Source of the DNA: Octopus vulgaris
Lineage: Eukaryota
NCBI GenBank assembly: GCA_951406725.2
Contig: OX597815.1
Span: 57,536,001-57,600,000 of the forward strand
Direction of reading: 5' to 3'
Length of the DNA stretch: 64,000 nucleotides
In this document: piece by piece, positions 1 to 13,336 of the stretch
How the letters are laid out: the number at the start of each line of letters is the position of its first letter
Position numbering within the stretch: position 1 is the stretch's first letter
Notes under the pieces: model-generated
Databases searched by the model: none
The model's input: only the letters and a program-made list of their open reading frames with translations
What the model was told of the DNA's origin: nothing
Made by a program: the position numbers and the translations under genes

Positions 1-830
1 TCAATATCAAGAAGAATAAAATTTTATTCCAACCAAAACATGGGGCAGAATATACTCAAGATTCAAATGTAATGATTGACAATAAGCCACTTAAATGGGT
101 CAAGTCATTTAAATATCTTGGAAGTACAGTAGACTTTTAGGGTACTCTTGATGATAAAATCAGTGTTAGAATATCTAAGGCTACAAATGCTTTTGGATGA
201 TTTTCCTATCGTTTGTGGGATGAACATGATGTCAATTTGTAAGCTAAAATAAATGTATATAAATCTTGTATTTTGAGCACACTCTTGTATGGGGCAGAAG
301 CATGGACTCCCTACTACAGACATATAAATAAACTTGAAACCTTTCACATGTGCTGTCTACACAATATCTGCCACAAAAATGGCACAATAAGATATCAAAT
401 GTCAAAATCTTAGAAAAATGTGATATCTTCAGTATCGAAAGCATGCTGCTGAGAATTCAGTGCAGATGGGTAGGACATATTTGAGTGAAAAATGACTGCA
501 TTCTGAAAATTCTTTTGTATGACCAAGAAGTAGAGGTAGACTGCTGTAAAAGATGACACATCCTAAGATATAAGGATAAGTTGAAGCAATCACTAAGGTT
601 TCTACAGCTTAATTTGACATCTTGTGGAAGTCATTGCCCAAATAAATCTACATAGTGTAAAATGTGTCATGATGCATCAAAACAATTTGAGACAAAGAAA
701 CAAAAATATAAGAATTACATCCTGCTATCAACAGACATATTTGCCCAGGCAAAATCAAAGTCATCAGTGTCCCCATTGTGACTTCATAGCAAAATCCATA
801 CCTGGATTCAAATTACATTCACCATCTATC
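1..830 (+). mobile_element. Degenerate 3' part of an RTE-type LINE ORF (post-RT region with C-terminal C2H2-like finger)
   Basis: Stop-interrupted translation RISKATNAFG..RLW..KINVYKSCILSTLLYGAEAWT..KLETFHMCCL, typical of RTE-clade ORF C-termini; ends in HQCPHCDFIAKSIPGFKLH. Confidence 0.7.
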
Positions 831-985
831 GCAAATAGATGCAGCTTTTTATGTTCTTTTATTTTTAAAGATAGGGTTTTTTGTCTCACAGTTTTCTTTG
901 TTACATCAAAATTTTTTTTTTAAATCCTCTCTTTCAAACACCGATACATCGAAATTGAAGGAAATGACCATCATTATTAATATTA

Positions 986-1425
986 GGGTGGCAAGCTGGA
1001 AGAATTGTTAGTATGTCAGGCAAAATGCTTAGTGGCATTTTGTCCATCTTCACATTCTGAGTTCAAATTCTGCCGAGGTCAACTTTGCCTTTCATCCATT
1101 TTGAGGTTGGTAAAATAAGTACCAATAGGTCACTGGGGTCAATGTAGTCAACTTACCCACTTCCCCTGAAATTACTGGCCTTGTGCCAAAATTTGAACTC
1201 ATTATTATTATTATGGTAGTGAGCTGGTAGAATTGTTAACATGCTGGACAAAATGCTTAGTGGCATTTCTCCCAACTTTATTTTCAGAGTTCAAATGACC
1301 CTGGGGTCAGCTTTGCCTTTCATCCTTTTGTGATCATAAAATAAGTACCAGCTGAGCACTGGGGTCAATATCGACTTATCCCCTTCTCTGAACTTACTGG
1401 CCTTGTGCCAAAATATGAAATCATT
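986..1425 (+). mobile_element. Two tandem copies of a short tRNA-derived SINE (~986-1200 and ~1215-1425)
   Basis: Two diverged copies sharing CAAAATGCTTAGTGGCATTT, a B-box-like GAGTTCAAAT, CTTTGCCTTTCATCC..AAAATAAGTACCA and TTACTGGCCTTGTGCCAAAA, each followed by an (ATT)n/(CAT)n tail. Confidence 0.7.
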
Positions 1426-1906
1426 ATAGTCATCATCATCTTCATTGTCACAAATGTTGCCCTGATGACAGTGGAATATCAATGAAATTTTTGTATACTG
1501 CAGCTGCATTACCCTCAATATTTTGTTAAAATAAGATTACATTTTTTTGTGTCCAAAAGCTTTGAGTTAGATTTGGTGTTAATATAATGTTAATATGGAT
1601 GAAAACAAAAAGTTTGGGGCAAGATCAGAGGTCTTAGTGCCATAGGTATAGCACGTTTCAATGTCAAGCAGTCATGTACAGGAACAACAACAATAACAAC
1701 AACTATGTTCATGTCCATGTAAAGCCATCTTTTATCTCTATACATTTAATCTCTATACATCTCTATACAATTGTATAAAATCTATACAATCTCTATACAA
1801 TTTTATCTCTATACATTTAACATTTAATCTCTATAAATATGTTAGCTGTCATATTTGACAATTCTGTTGATGCATAATTCAGGTTTTTTTCTATTTATTT
1901 TTTCAG

Positions 1907-2052
1907 CCTCAACCCCAAATATGTATTTTGCCAATGGGCACTGGAAATGATTTATCCCAAGTTTTAGGTTGGGGAGAAATATTCACTGATCAAATAGAAG
2001 TCCCTAAAATTCTTGACAAGATAAACCAAGCTACAGTAGTTGAGTTAGACAG
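1907..2052 (+). CDS. DGKE: Diacylglycerol kinase epsilon-like, internal exon (end of catalytic DAGKc subdomain)
   Basis: Polypyrimidine tract plus tttcAG acceptor and GTAACA donor; encodes PQPQICILPMGTGNDLSQVLGWGEIFTDQIEVPKILDKINQATVVELD(R), containing the DGK motif LPxGTGNDL..LGWG..LDR. Confidence 0.93.
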
Positions 2053-2757
2053 GTAACAAGTTTGACCTTTAACTATTTCACATCCATCTTTATTTTACAC
2101 TGGTGATACATTTTCTTTTCTATATATACATTTCTATTACACTCATTAGGTTTTGCCCCACTCACTGTAGAAATGCACATTACTTGCTCAACTCAGTTTG
2201 CCTGATTAATAAAAGCTTTCATCTTTACATCTTTACTGTAAAAACAATGGCTCCATTAATTTCTTGTTGCAAATATCTAAATATACAAAAACCATCACAA
2301 CCATATTAACATATGAAGTATATCTGGTTTTAACAAATGGAAACTTAGAAGTTGATTGTTTCTGTCTGTCTGTAACTTTTGTAAACACCCATTTATAAAA
2401 GAAGAAATGAATTAGAGGAGTGAAAATATTTGTTTACAGTTTCAGAGATTGCAAGAAGAGATCAGTGATGTGTGTTGTTTCAGCAACATTACTGATTTTC
2501 TAAATATCTGGGCATCAACATAATTGCCCCTTCTCTCACTTACACTTCCCATACATATTCTAGATTACATCTCAAAGATAATAATTCACCAGATACAAAA
2601 ATCTTCACTCCTCAGCTTCTGTGATATTCACTAATCCAGTGATATATCCTATCCAATTTGTATATCCAAATCGATCAAGTGTCCATTGTTGTATGTCCAA
2701 ATTACTGGATAGACCACTTATTTCATTCACTACAAAACTTTTATTTTATATTTTCAG

Positions 2758-2812
2758 GTGGAATCTTGATATCAACCATTCTGGACACTTTCGACTGCCT
2801 TACTACAAAAAG
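2758..2812 (+). CDS. DGKE: DGKE-like internal exon
   Basis: ttttcAG acceptor and weak GTTTCT donor; completes the split Arg codon (AG|G); encodes RWNLDINHSGHFRLPYYKK, matching the short DGKE linker RWKV..YYNLRKPK. Confidence 0.85.
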
Positions 2813-2954
2813 GTTTCTTTTCCTTTTTTCTTCTTGCTTTGTTTCCCTTTTTTCCTATTTGTTTTGGTCTCCTTTTAGTATTTTTGCAAGAGATAAAGGA
2901 ACTGCATGTATGAGCTTTTGATTGTTTTATATATGATAAGCAATCCTAATCTTG

Positions 2955-3190
2955 CAGGGTGCCAGTATCACATAAAAAGCACCTGTGTTGATACCATGTA
3001 AAAGCACTTGTGTCAGTGTTGTGTAACAGCACCCAGTACTCTCTGTAAAGTGGTTAGCATTAGGAAGGGCATCTAGCCATAGAAACCATAATAAAACAGA
3101 TATGGAACCTGAGCTGCTCTCCAGCTGACCAGCTCCTTTTAAACTGTTCAACCTATGCCAGCATAGAAAATAGATGTTCAATGATAATGT
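2955..3190 (+). mobile_element. 3' tail fragment of RTE-type LINE (or RTE-tailed SINE)
   Basis: AGCACCCAG..CTCTGTAAAGTGGTT..CATTAGGAAGGGCATCTAGCCATAGAAACC is shared with the 3' end of the RTE element at ~22100-22256. Confidence 0.7.
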
Positions 3191-3471
3191 TCAGTGAGAA
3201 AATGTATTGTAGCTTCTATTGAGAAAATGACTGTATGGATGAGATTAGGTGAGTGTTGTTGATAACTTTATTCTAAAACTCATTTTATTTCCTTTAATTA
3301 ATATGGGTAATTAATACCTTTTATAAAGGCATGAATGACTTCATTTCTGTTATAAACTTCCACATCTTTTGATATAGCCTGATATTTTTGTGGTGATTAT
3401 AAAAAGGAAATGCAAATTTTTCTAAAATCTGGGAAGATTTTTTAATGAATAATGTTTACATTTGGTTATTT

Positions 3472-4000
3472 TATAGCGGCTGTCATTGGCTGCTGAAGTG
3501 CATGTTATTAAATAGAAAAACGATTAGTACGAATCACCATAAGGCATTTTTGTGTACAAATATGTTGTTTATTCTGTTTTTACATTTTGTGGTGGAAGCA
3601 TGTAGTATGATACAAAAACATGTGTGTTTACATACAAAGAAAGTTTTGATTTTTGCTTTTGCACTGAAAGAAGTAACATATATTTGTATTATAGTATGTA
3701 TGTAATGAGAACAATCATTTTGAGAGTGTGTGTGTACTAAAATATCTTCATTTATGAACCTTGTATCTTGAGTCGAGGGGAATAGACATGTAAGTCACAC
3801 ATGGGAGATTGCACATGGAGCCTGGCAGGAACTGAGGCCATTTCTACAGTGTAGCTCAGAACAAGACTAGTGTCTCAGAACAAGGCTACTGTATTAAAGC
3901 AAGGCTAGTGTATCAAAGCAAGGCTAGACACCTCATTGATATATCCGTCTGCTGTGCAGGTCGACTCACATATTACTATGTAATATGTAGCTCTGCTACA
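3472..4000 (-). repeat. Gypsy 3' LTR
   Basis: Diverged direct repeat of 8425-8951; ends ..CTGCTACA on the + strand. Confidence 0.88.
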
Positions 4001-4475
4001 TAGCCTTCAAAAAGACTTGAAAAAGTCGAAAAAAAAGTAGAGATGGCATATGTAAATATGCAGTGCAAAAAGCAGGTAAGAACATAGAATACAAATAGAA
4101 GGATGCAATACAACAAAAAATGAGAAACTGAAATGAAAAGTAAAACATGGTAAGGGTAAACAGAATATGAATACAAAGAAATAAGCAAAATTTTCAAGTC
4201 GATTAGGTAAAGTTCAAAGGAATACTGGGAATAACAAAACTGTGTTGTTGGTGATACTGTTGAAAAGTCTTTGGTAAGTTCACAAAAAGTTCATTATAGT
4301 TCAAATGTATATAGTTTTAGACCAATGTACATAGCGACCACTATGAGTCATAGTGACATGTAGATGGAGGAGGGGTCAGTGGTGGTTGCAGTGGGTTAGC
4401 ATAATTTTATGTTGTACTGTAAATGTGGGGGTGTATGAGGTGATATTGTATCACTGTCTGTTTATGCCTGCTTAA

Positions 4476-5560
4476 CCCTTTCATTACTATATTTCTGACC
4501 AAAATACACCCCTTATGTGTTTCAATTAATTTCTACCATAATCATAAATTTAGTTTGGTTTCATTAAACAACTATAACTTTTTTATTTATCAAAATATTA
4601 ATGTGATTTTTGGAAGATAATTTAATGAAATGTTCTCAACCAATTCTATACTATAATTTTTGTCACAAAGTGACTCTAATTGCAGGTAGATACAGGTAAA
4701 TTCAACAAAATATAGAATTATTAAAATTTTGTTCAAACATCGCTATAGAAAATGGGTTATTAGCTAATATTCAATTGCGTATACAACAAAATTTTACGAT
4801 AGAATTTGTTATTCTGGGTAACTTTCTGATACCCATAATAATATTTATGGCAAAATAGTCTTAATTTCATTTAGGTTGTGGGAAACCACAAACTATCCTT
4901 TCTTTCGCTTTGTTTACATTCAGCGTACCGGTTCGTTTCCGCCGTAATGATTTCAAATAGGCTCGTTCGAAAAAGTAAAAAGAAATAGTCTAAGGCTTTA
5001 CTCTCATGGGAAAGTCTGTGGCTTGGTCCAGTTTCTTAAGAAAAATCACCGAAAGAAACAGTTTTAAAATTTTCACTCCATTCAGGTGCCAATTCATTTT
5101 CTTTATCGCTGTCAGAGCTCTCGGATTCACTGTTTTCACTTTCGGAAAATGAAGCATCAAATTCATTATCAAATACCACATGCTTTTTTTTTCAGTCATA
5201 GAGTTAGATTTATCAAGGTCTTCAGTAGAAAATCCTTCGAATTCTGACTCGCTGCTTGATATAATGAAATTCATATCCATTTTTTGTCAGAATTACAAAT
5301 TTTGAAAACACAATAGGAACAAATTTCGGAAAAAAATCTCCCAAAATTCACGGAATTAAAATTACACTTCGATCGTTGTACAAAACTGTAGATGGACTGT
5401 TTACGAAATATAATCACTTGTTTTCACGAATGTACTAAAGAGATTTGCTCTGATATTCTCATTTAAATATGAATAGGTAAATACAGGTGGGTTTGGGCGG
5501 TTTGGTCACATTAACCAAAATTTTTTTCGGGTGGCTTTGGGCGGTTTGGTAACGAAAGGG
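4476..5560 (-). mobile_element. Non-autonomous piggyBac-family DNA transposon nested in the Gypsy element
   Basis: TTAA on both sides (4472-4475, 5561-5564); TIRs CCCTTTCATTAC / GTAACGAAAGGG; acidic N-terminal remnant MDMNFIISSSESEFEGFSTED (5280-4990) resembling piggyBac transposase N-termini. Confidence 0.85.
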
Positions 5561-5569
5561 TTAAGCCTG

Positions 5570-8310
5570 TCTATTGAAACAATTTCCTTTTTACCATTAA
5601 TGTCAATGGTGTATAGTTTGTCTGTGTGCCACAGGACATGATAGGGTCCTATGTGTGAAGGTGTGAGAGAGGTTTTCACAGCATTGTTTCATAGAAACAA
5701 ATGGGGCCAAGAATCAATGTCTTTTGGAACTGATTATTTAGTGGTTTGGTGTCATGTTGACATGGGTGGCAGTGTTTGCATGTATTTGTGAAGTCTGTGT
5801 GTGTACATAGTGGGGTCTTGTGTGGACAGATCCACTGGGCCAACATCTGGCCTGGCAATGAAAGAGGTGTGCCATAAACAAGTTCTGCTGGGGAATAACT
5901 GAGATCCTCTTTTATTGAGGCTCAACAACTAAGAAGATATTCGCTCCAATGCTGCCAATATGGGTAGGCACACAAAGCAGCTTTCATTTGATGGTAGAAT
6001 TGTTCCACCATACCGTTGGATTGTGGATGGTAACTGGTGGTTCAAATCCGATGTGCACCTATGGTCTGCATGAGCTCATGGAAGAGTTGTGATTCAAACT
6101 GTTTTTCATGGTTGGTAGTGACTCCAAACTGTGATATCCATCCTGTACAAAAAGCTTTGACAACAGATTCTGCAGTGATATCTACTAAATAAATAGGTTC
6201 TGGCCAACATTGAAATGATCAATGCAGGTGAGCAGGTAGGTATATTCCTGGTTAACTGGCCAATGTCCAACAAGGTCAATGTGTACATGGTTAAAATGTA
6301 CATCTGGTGTGTTGAATGTGCCAAGGGGTGCATAGATGTGCCTATACACCTTTGACTTCTGACAGAAAAGGCAGGAGCATGACCAAGCAGTAATGTCTTG
6401 TCTCATATTTGGCCAAAAGAATCTAGTGGAAATGAGTTCCAACACTATCGGCTCATTCCTCTTTTTCCTATTCTGAAGGAGTGTGTTTAGTGGATATAGG
6501 ATTTCAGCTGAATGAGGAACAAAGCGCCGATAGAAAGTGAATAGTCCTAAGAAATGTCAGAGCTGATGTAACGAGTTGGGTGGAAGTAACTCTTGCAATG
6601 CCTTCACCATGTCAGGCAGTGGCGGTATGCCTTTGGGGCTGAAGACATGGCCTAGGAAGGTCAAAGAAGATGCACCAGAAACACATTTGGTAGGGCTGAT
6701 CTGCACTTGGTAAGTCTTGAACCACTTGAACAGCTAACGTACATGATGGACATGTTCCTTGGGTAGGTGCTAGCTATCAAAATGTAGTTGATGTACACAT
6801 AGACGAAGTCTAAGTCTCAGATGACTTCGTCTATGAACCTTTGAAATGTGCTGACTGAATTCTATAAACCAAATTGCATAGTCAGGAATTTGAAGGCACC
6901 AAAAGGAGTGGTTACAGCAGTCTTTGGAGTATCGTCTGGGTTCACAGGAATCTGATGGTATACCTTAACCAAGTCTAGTTTGGTGAATATTCTGCAGTTG
7001 TGGAGAGATGACGCAAAATCCTGAATGTGAGGTATTGAGTACCTGTCTGTCACTGTGATGGAGTTTAATCTCCTGCAGTCACCAGTGGGCCACTAGTCCC
7101 CAGAACGCTTTGGAATCATGTGCAAGGGTGATGCCCAGGGTCTATTAGAGGGGCGGATGATGCCCAACTGGACCATGTGGTTAAATTCCTACTTGGCCAC
7201 TTTTAGCTTCTCCAAAGAGAGGCGACAAGGGTGAGAAAAAGCTGGAGCACCTTTAGTTTCAATGAAATGGGTGGTGGTGTGAGTTGGAGCAGCAGTAAAA
7301 ACATTTAGGTTAGTCAGCTTCGGATATGAGTTTAAGAGTGCATAGTATGGGTCGTCCAAGGCAGCAATGAAAAAGACTGGACTAACTGCAGGGTTAGTGG
7401 GATAGAAAGTTCTGTGGTCATGTCCCATAAGCACTGAGTGTGCATTTCCACAAACAGGTGGAAGTGGTGCAAAAAGTCTGCACCTAATATTGGGTAAGGG
7501 AGATCTATGACTGTAAAAATCCACTTGAAGTCACATCGTAGAGCTGAATCCAATGAATGAGATATCTGGCTGAAAGTTTGAATCGGTGAATGGTTCGCTC
7601 CCTGTAGAGTCACTGGTAGTAACAGCGGTTTATTCATGAGGAGTTTTAATGGCCATATTTTGCAGGCAGCACCTGTATCTATGAGGCAGTAGGTGTGGGA
7701 TATGTGGTCTGTTAGGAAAAATGCATGGTTGGCCACTGGCTGCTGCAGAGAATGTGCCGTGCTCAATTCTCTAGTTGGTCATTTTCCTGTCGAGAAAAAG
7801 TACAGGGTTGGGTACACTTATGTGCTGAAGCTCCAGACTTGGCATGGTACCAGCATATGAATGAATGAGCAGAGGACAATCAATGGCAAGGTGAGAAGTA
7901 GCGATCAAAAGAACGCTGTCTGGGTGAATGTGACTAGGAAGTGTGAAGGTTCTGCACTTGTCTCATTAATTCAGCTATCATGTTTAGGATAGCAGCCGAG
8001 GCAAGGTCCTTGTCAGTGGAAACTGACACTACTGGTGGATGTACAGAGGTATCCAGTGATACAGGGGTTGGCTTAGTGGTGTTGCTGGTATACTCTATGA
8101 TTCTGTTGGTGGTGGAGGCTATTTGCTCGACAGAGTTGTCTCTACCATAGAGGCTAGGACGACTTGGACATTAGAGGGCAACTGGGAAAAAAATAGTTGT
8201 TTCAATAAAGCACTATCAGCAGGCACATTTTGGGCCATTTCCTTCATGTGACGCAGAAGTTGCAAGGGTTTACTGTCGCCCAAGTGCTCATCATTGTTTT
8301 TAGCCTGATT
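5570..8310 (-). pseudogene. Gypsy gag-pol pseudogene (gag, protease, RT, integrase; RNase H region apparently deleted)
   Basis: ORF fragments 7332-7766 (aspartic protease DTGA, ILGADFL), 6862-7053 (RT) and 6185-6445 / 6106-6333 (integrase); many stops and frameshifts. Confidence 0.88.
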
Positions 8311-8410
8311 CGGCTACAAGAACAAAAGTGAATTTTTTTGGGGGGCTGTTGACATCCTAGCAACAGATTGTTCTTATATGAAAATATGTTGGTGAAAGTG
8401 CAGTGTGTTT

Positions 8411-8421
8411 GGGGATCACCA
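8411..8421 (-). promoter_or_regulatory. tRNA primer-binding site of the Gypsy element
   Basis: Minus strand TGGTGATCCCC, 3 nt inside the 5' LTR; TGG is complementary to tRNA CCA. Confidence 0.7.
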
Positions 8422-8424
8422 TTT

Positions 8425-8951
8425 TATAGTGGCTGTCGTTGGCTGCTGAAGTGCATGTTATTAAATGGAAAAACAGTTAGTATGAATCACCATAAGACAT
8501 TTTTTTGTGTACAAATATATTGTTTATTCCGTTTTTACATTTTGTGGTGGAAGCATGTAGTATGATACAAAAACATGTGTGTTTACATACAAAGAAAGTT
8601 TTGATTTTTGCTTTTGCACTGAAAGAAGTAACATATATTTGTATTACAGTATGTATGCATGTGTGTAATGAGAACAATCATTTTGAGAATGTGTGTGTAA
8701 TAAAATATCTTTGTTTACAAACCATATCATGTGTCGCATGTGGGAGATTGTGCATGGAGCTGCAGTGAAGGCACGTATCTTTGACCAAAGCCTGGCAGGA
8801 ACTGAGGCTGTTTCTACGGTGTAGCTCAGAATGAGACTAGTGTCTCAGAACAAGGCTAGTGTATCAAAGCAAGGCTAGATGCCTCATCGATATATTTGTC
8901 TGCTGTGCTGGTCGACTCACATATTACTATATGATATGTAGCTCTGCTATA
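8425..8951 (-). repeat. Gypsy 5' LTR
   Basis: Direct repeat of 3472-4000, adjacent to the primer-binding site. Confidence 0.88.
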
Positions 8952-10215
8952 ATTTCTTTTTAAATTTTAACCTGAAGAAAAGGGTTAAATGCTTGTGAGA
9001 ACTCTACAACACTTTTGAGTTTGAGGAAGTTGATGTTCATCTTGAATTTTTCTGGATTGATGTTTAAAGGGAAAATGTGGGTTGTGATGGAGTTTCTGAT
9101 TCTAAGATTAAAGGTTTAGGGCTGAAACACAAGAATAAGGGAAGAATAAAAATGGCTAAATCAGGGGCTATACTGGTAGTTGACAGCAGTAAGAACCATA
9201 AATAAGACTAAGATAAAATAATGTGCACTAGTGTATGGTAGGGATCATTTGTCAGTCAGTTAGATAGCCATTCTTTATTATATGACATGTGCATATGTGT
9301 GTACATGTGTGTGAGAGAAGAAAAAGAGACAGAATCTTTATAACCTCTTTTCCCCGAAATTGATGTGACTGATAGTTGAACATGAAAAGGACAGATTAGG
9401 GACTCCATGCAGATGATGGTAGGAGGAAAAAGTTGGCTAGAGGTGGTGGGCAGCTGATTACTTCAAAGGAGCAGTGGCTATTGTAATAGTAGTAGAATAA
9501 ATTTAGTGAAAAGATTGCAGGACCAAAGGCCAGTTAATTAAATGGCCTTCTTTTAGCTACTATGTAAGATATTTATATGTAGTATCATCATCATCATCTT
9601 AGATGTGAGTTTTGTAGAGTGTCTGTAACTTGGGATGTAGGTTTGGTAATATGGATTTGTGTGTGTTGTCCAAGAGGAGCTGGAGTATTGAATTGGTTCT
9701 TTGATATATGCAGTGATAGTGAATAGAAATCCAGCTGTCATCTCCCTATTGAAGATTGACGAGTAGAGAGAGAATATAATGTGGCATGTTGCCATAATAG
9801 AAAAACTGGCTGTATATTGGAATTGTAGATAGAGGTTACATTGTTGTCTCCTCAACAGAATGACATTTTAAAGGTTTTAGTTCTTGAAAGTAGGAGGTTG
9901 AGTGAAGAATATATTTCTTGCCTGTGCTGGGTGTTTGTCTGTCTCCAGTCCAGTGATATTTTCAGAGAATCCAGCTCAGCCTTTGGTGTAATTACCTGAC
10001 ATCATATCTACATATCTAACATCAGAACTACCTAATCATATCAATTTTATTCACAAATGCTATACGTGTGTGGTATATGGTATATGGTAGCTTTCATTTT
10101 TCAGCCAGCATCACCCTACAGTTTAGGCCTACACATTGAATTACTGTTGCTGCTTGAGGATTTATCTGTGATCACACATTTCAGTCATTAATGTTAAATA
10201 GTAACTTGCTCATAG

Positions 10216-10750
10216 TCATCATCCTCATCATTGTTTAATGTCTGTTTCCATGCTGGCATGGGTTGGACAGTTTGACTGAGGTCTGGAAAGCCAGTGGCTG
10301 CACTAGGCTCCAATCTGATCTGGCAATATTTCTACAGCTGGATGCCCTTCCTAACGCCAACTACTCTGAGCGTAGTGACATCGATCATGTTTGGATGGTG
10401 CCTTTTATGTGCGACCGGCACAGGATCTGGCATCAACCATGTTCGGATGATACTTTTTACATTCCACTGGCACGGAAGCCAGTCAGAGGGCACTAGCATT
10501 GGCCACATTCGGATGGTGCTTTTTATGTGCCACCAGAATGGGAGCCAGTCAGGGGGCACTGGCCACAGCTACAATTTTGGTTTTACTCAACTCAACAGGT
10601 ATTCTGAAGCATATCATATCACCCAATGCATCAAGAGTACTTTTAAATGGGCCGGATATGCAACACTGACATCGGCCATGGCTGCGATTTTACTTTAGTT
10701 GCTGGATCTTCTCAATCACAGCATATCTCCAAAGCTATTGGTCTCCTGGG
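10216..10750 (-). mobile_element. RTE-type LINE 3' end with internal ~58-bp tandem repeats
   Basis: Reverse-complement RTE tail (TTTCTACAGCTGGATGCCCTTCCTAACGCCAAC), (CAT)n tail and repeated TTCGGATGGTGCTTTTTATGTGCCAC units. Confidence 0.75.
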
Positions 10751-11214
10751 TATGACTCCTACCTGATTTATGATGCAAGTGACAAGACTATAACCCACAC
10801 CGCCCGATATTTTAAGCCTGCCCGAACCAGATTGCTGTCTGAATACTGAAGCTTGACCAAGAAAAACCATCTGAACATTTTATTTGAATGAGTGGTTGTA
10901 GAAATAGTAACAATAATAATAACAACATCAGTTTTAATTGTTATTGCTGTTGTTAGCGGGTATCCATGATTATACAAACATATTTATGACATTGAAAAAT
11001 CTGAAGAAGAGCTGTTTGTAGGACTTGTATTCTGAATGGAGAAAATTGTGATCTGTTCTGAAGTAAAATTACTTATTAAAGCTACCATTGTAGATTCATC
11101 TTGCTTAGAGCTCCCCCCACCATCACTTCCACCTTTATGTAGATTATTAGGCCACCCATTCACACTGTCTTCTATTCTTCTATGCCTGACTTAATTTTCT
11201 CTCCATTATTTCAG

Positions 11215-11331
11215 AAAAATATATGTTGGAATAATTACTTCTCCATTGGTGTTGATGCTCTTGTTGCTTTGAATTTTCATCGCCAACGAGAATCATGGCC
11301 GACCCTTTTATCAAACCGCATCATCAATAAG
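11215..11331 (+). CDS. DGKE: DGKE-like internal exon (start of accessory DAGKa subdomain)
   Basis: tttcAG acceptor and GTAAAT donor, 117 nt, phase 0; encodes [39 protein letters not shown] (DGK motif NNYFSxGxDA..FH..RE..SR..NK). Confidence 0.93.
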
Positions 11332-11949
11332 GTAAATGCCATTACTTCTTTGAATTTCCTGACTTTATATTTGTTTTAATTAGTTTACTATAATGGGAGA
11401 ATTATATCCCACCCCACAAGACCAATTTGTAGTTACCTTCCATCATTGGAAGATTTTCCATTTACCACTTTTAAACTAAATATTTAAAAAATACATAACT
11501 CTGGCAAGCAAACTTTTTGATAGGTTGCTAAATGACAACATATCTAGAATCTGTAATTTCCTGAATGGTGTACTACAAGAATCGGTTCACTTGCCTGCTC
11601 ATTTTAACTTATTCTTCCACAGCTCACAAAATGATACACATAACCTTATTCTCAGATATCTGTTATCTCCTTCCAGCGTTCCCTTGTCAACATCCTACAA
11701 ACTTAGATCCAAAGAAATAGACTGAAAGCACAATGACATGGATTTGTTCTTAATATGTTCAGGCAGACTAAAAGTAGCACCTAGTCACTCCCCTGTCTCT
11801 ACACATAAACCAACAAAATAGCCTCTAAATGGCCACACAACATGCTAGCAATAACATTAAACTCCCTCTTTACAAAAATCTATCCTAATCTTCGGCTATA
11901 CACTACAGTGCTATTCTCAAAAGAGGTAAACTCTCTAACTCTTAATCAA

Positions 11950-12620
11950 TCACCTTCAGATTCAACATCTGATCAGTAAAGGAACCAGTCATTACATTCT
12001 CCATCCCCAGTATGGCTTCCATAAAACCAGATTTACTCCTCTTTGTCATTCATGAGTAAACTGTTATCCCCCAGGAAATTTCGTGAAAACAACGTTGTTA
12101 TGCTTGACTTCAACAAAATTTTTGATAAAAGCAGAAATCATCTGAAAACTGTCTACCTATGTGTTCCAGCCATCTTTCATTTCTAAAATCAGTGACTTTT
12201 TGTGGATTACTTTATCACAGTATGTACTAATGAAGTTCTCTGTTACACACAATCTATCATCTTTGGTCTGCCCCAAGGTTCACTTATGTTTCTAATACAT
12301 TTCCTCCCATACATCAATAACCTCCTTGTCATCATTTCCAATAATAGCAATAAAATTTGTCATTCATTTCTCCCTAACTTTCCCATATGCAACCTAAACA
12401 TTTCATGCCATCGTTAATTGACTCCATGAATAGAGACCTCACTGACTTTTTTATAACAGTGTCATGTCAACCTTGTTTTCTTCAGCATAAGAAAGACATA
12501 CTCACTTCCTACATTAAACAACTTCTCTTACAAACATTGTCTTTTTTGTTCAGGGCCAGAAAAGTTCAGGACTATTTACTGACTGTTGCTGCATCATATA
12601 TTGACATCTTTGATTGAATT
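11950..12620 (+). mobile_element. Highly decayed CR1/L2/Jockey-group LINE RT remnant
   Basis: Residual motifs QYGFHKTR, LDFNKIFD, GLPQGS..F..YINNL. Confidence 0.55.
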
Positions 12621-13336
12621 CCAAAGAATAGCTATTCAACTAATTAATATGAAGCTGCTCACTCACCAGTATACTTCAAACCCTGCCAGCCCATATTAAC
12701 TCTGCCCCCCTCCCCTCATTATGACCTCTCTTTTGTTCCACTTACCCCACTTGTATCTCCTCCTCTTGTCGCCCATTGTGTCCCTCACTTTCACCAATCT
12801 TGAAATTTGTTATTGCTATATTAATCTTTACATCACTGTATTATCATCATCAGATTTATGAACATAGTTCTCTGCTAACATGGGTTGACTAATTCTACAA
12901 TACAGCAGCTTCTACCACTTAATACTGAAGTGAATCAAGGACTCCTCCACAGTTGCTTGACATGCAAGAAATTGCAGCCAAATTTCCTTCAAACGTAGTC
13001 CTAGATACACTAAGCATGAAAAGAACAGATGGGATAGCTAGTGGTGGAATTCTTGTTATTTTAGATTTGCTTTATCTGAGCTGATGACAGAAGTAACAGA
13101 TCTCATGTTGGTTCTGTCAACATATGCTGTTTTTAATGCATCTCTCTCTCTCTCTCTCTCTCTCTCATTATATATATATGTGTGTGTGTATATATATATA
13201 AATAAAAGCGGTTTTAGTATCAAGAAGATCCAAAAGGCAGGTAAGGCTATGTAAGTGCTACAAAAGGACTGCTGTTAGACTCCTGGTTCAATAATAGGAT
13301 ACGTGAGGAGTCTAATATGGGTCGTGTGTGAGCATA

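Larger units (their letters stand above)
3472..8951 (-). mobile_element. Degenerate Ty3/Gypsy LTR retrotransposon
   Basis: Direct LTRs 3472-4000 and 8425-8951; 4-bp ATTT target-site duplication (3468-3471 / 8952-8955); PBS-like TGGTGATCCCC; minus-strand protease (LIDTGA), RT (KLDLVKVYHQI..KTAVTTPFG..FGL) and integrase (FFWPNM..C..CQ..HIDLVG) in Gypsy order. Confidence 0.92.

Noticed and set aside
1463-1500. CTGATGA...GAAA spacing resembling a hammerhead
   Set aside because: Stems I and III do not pair.
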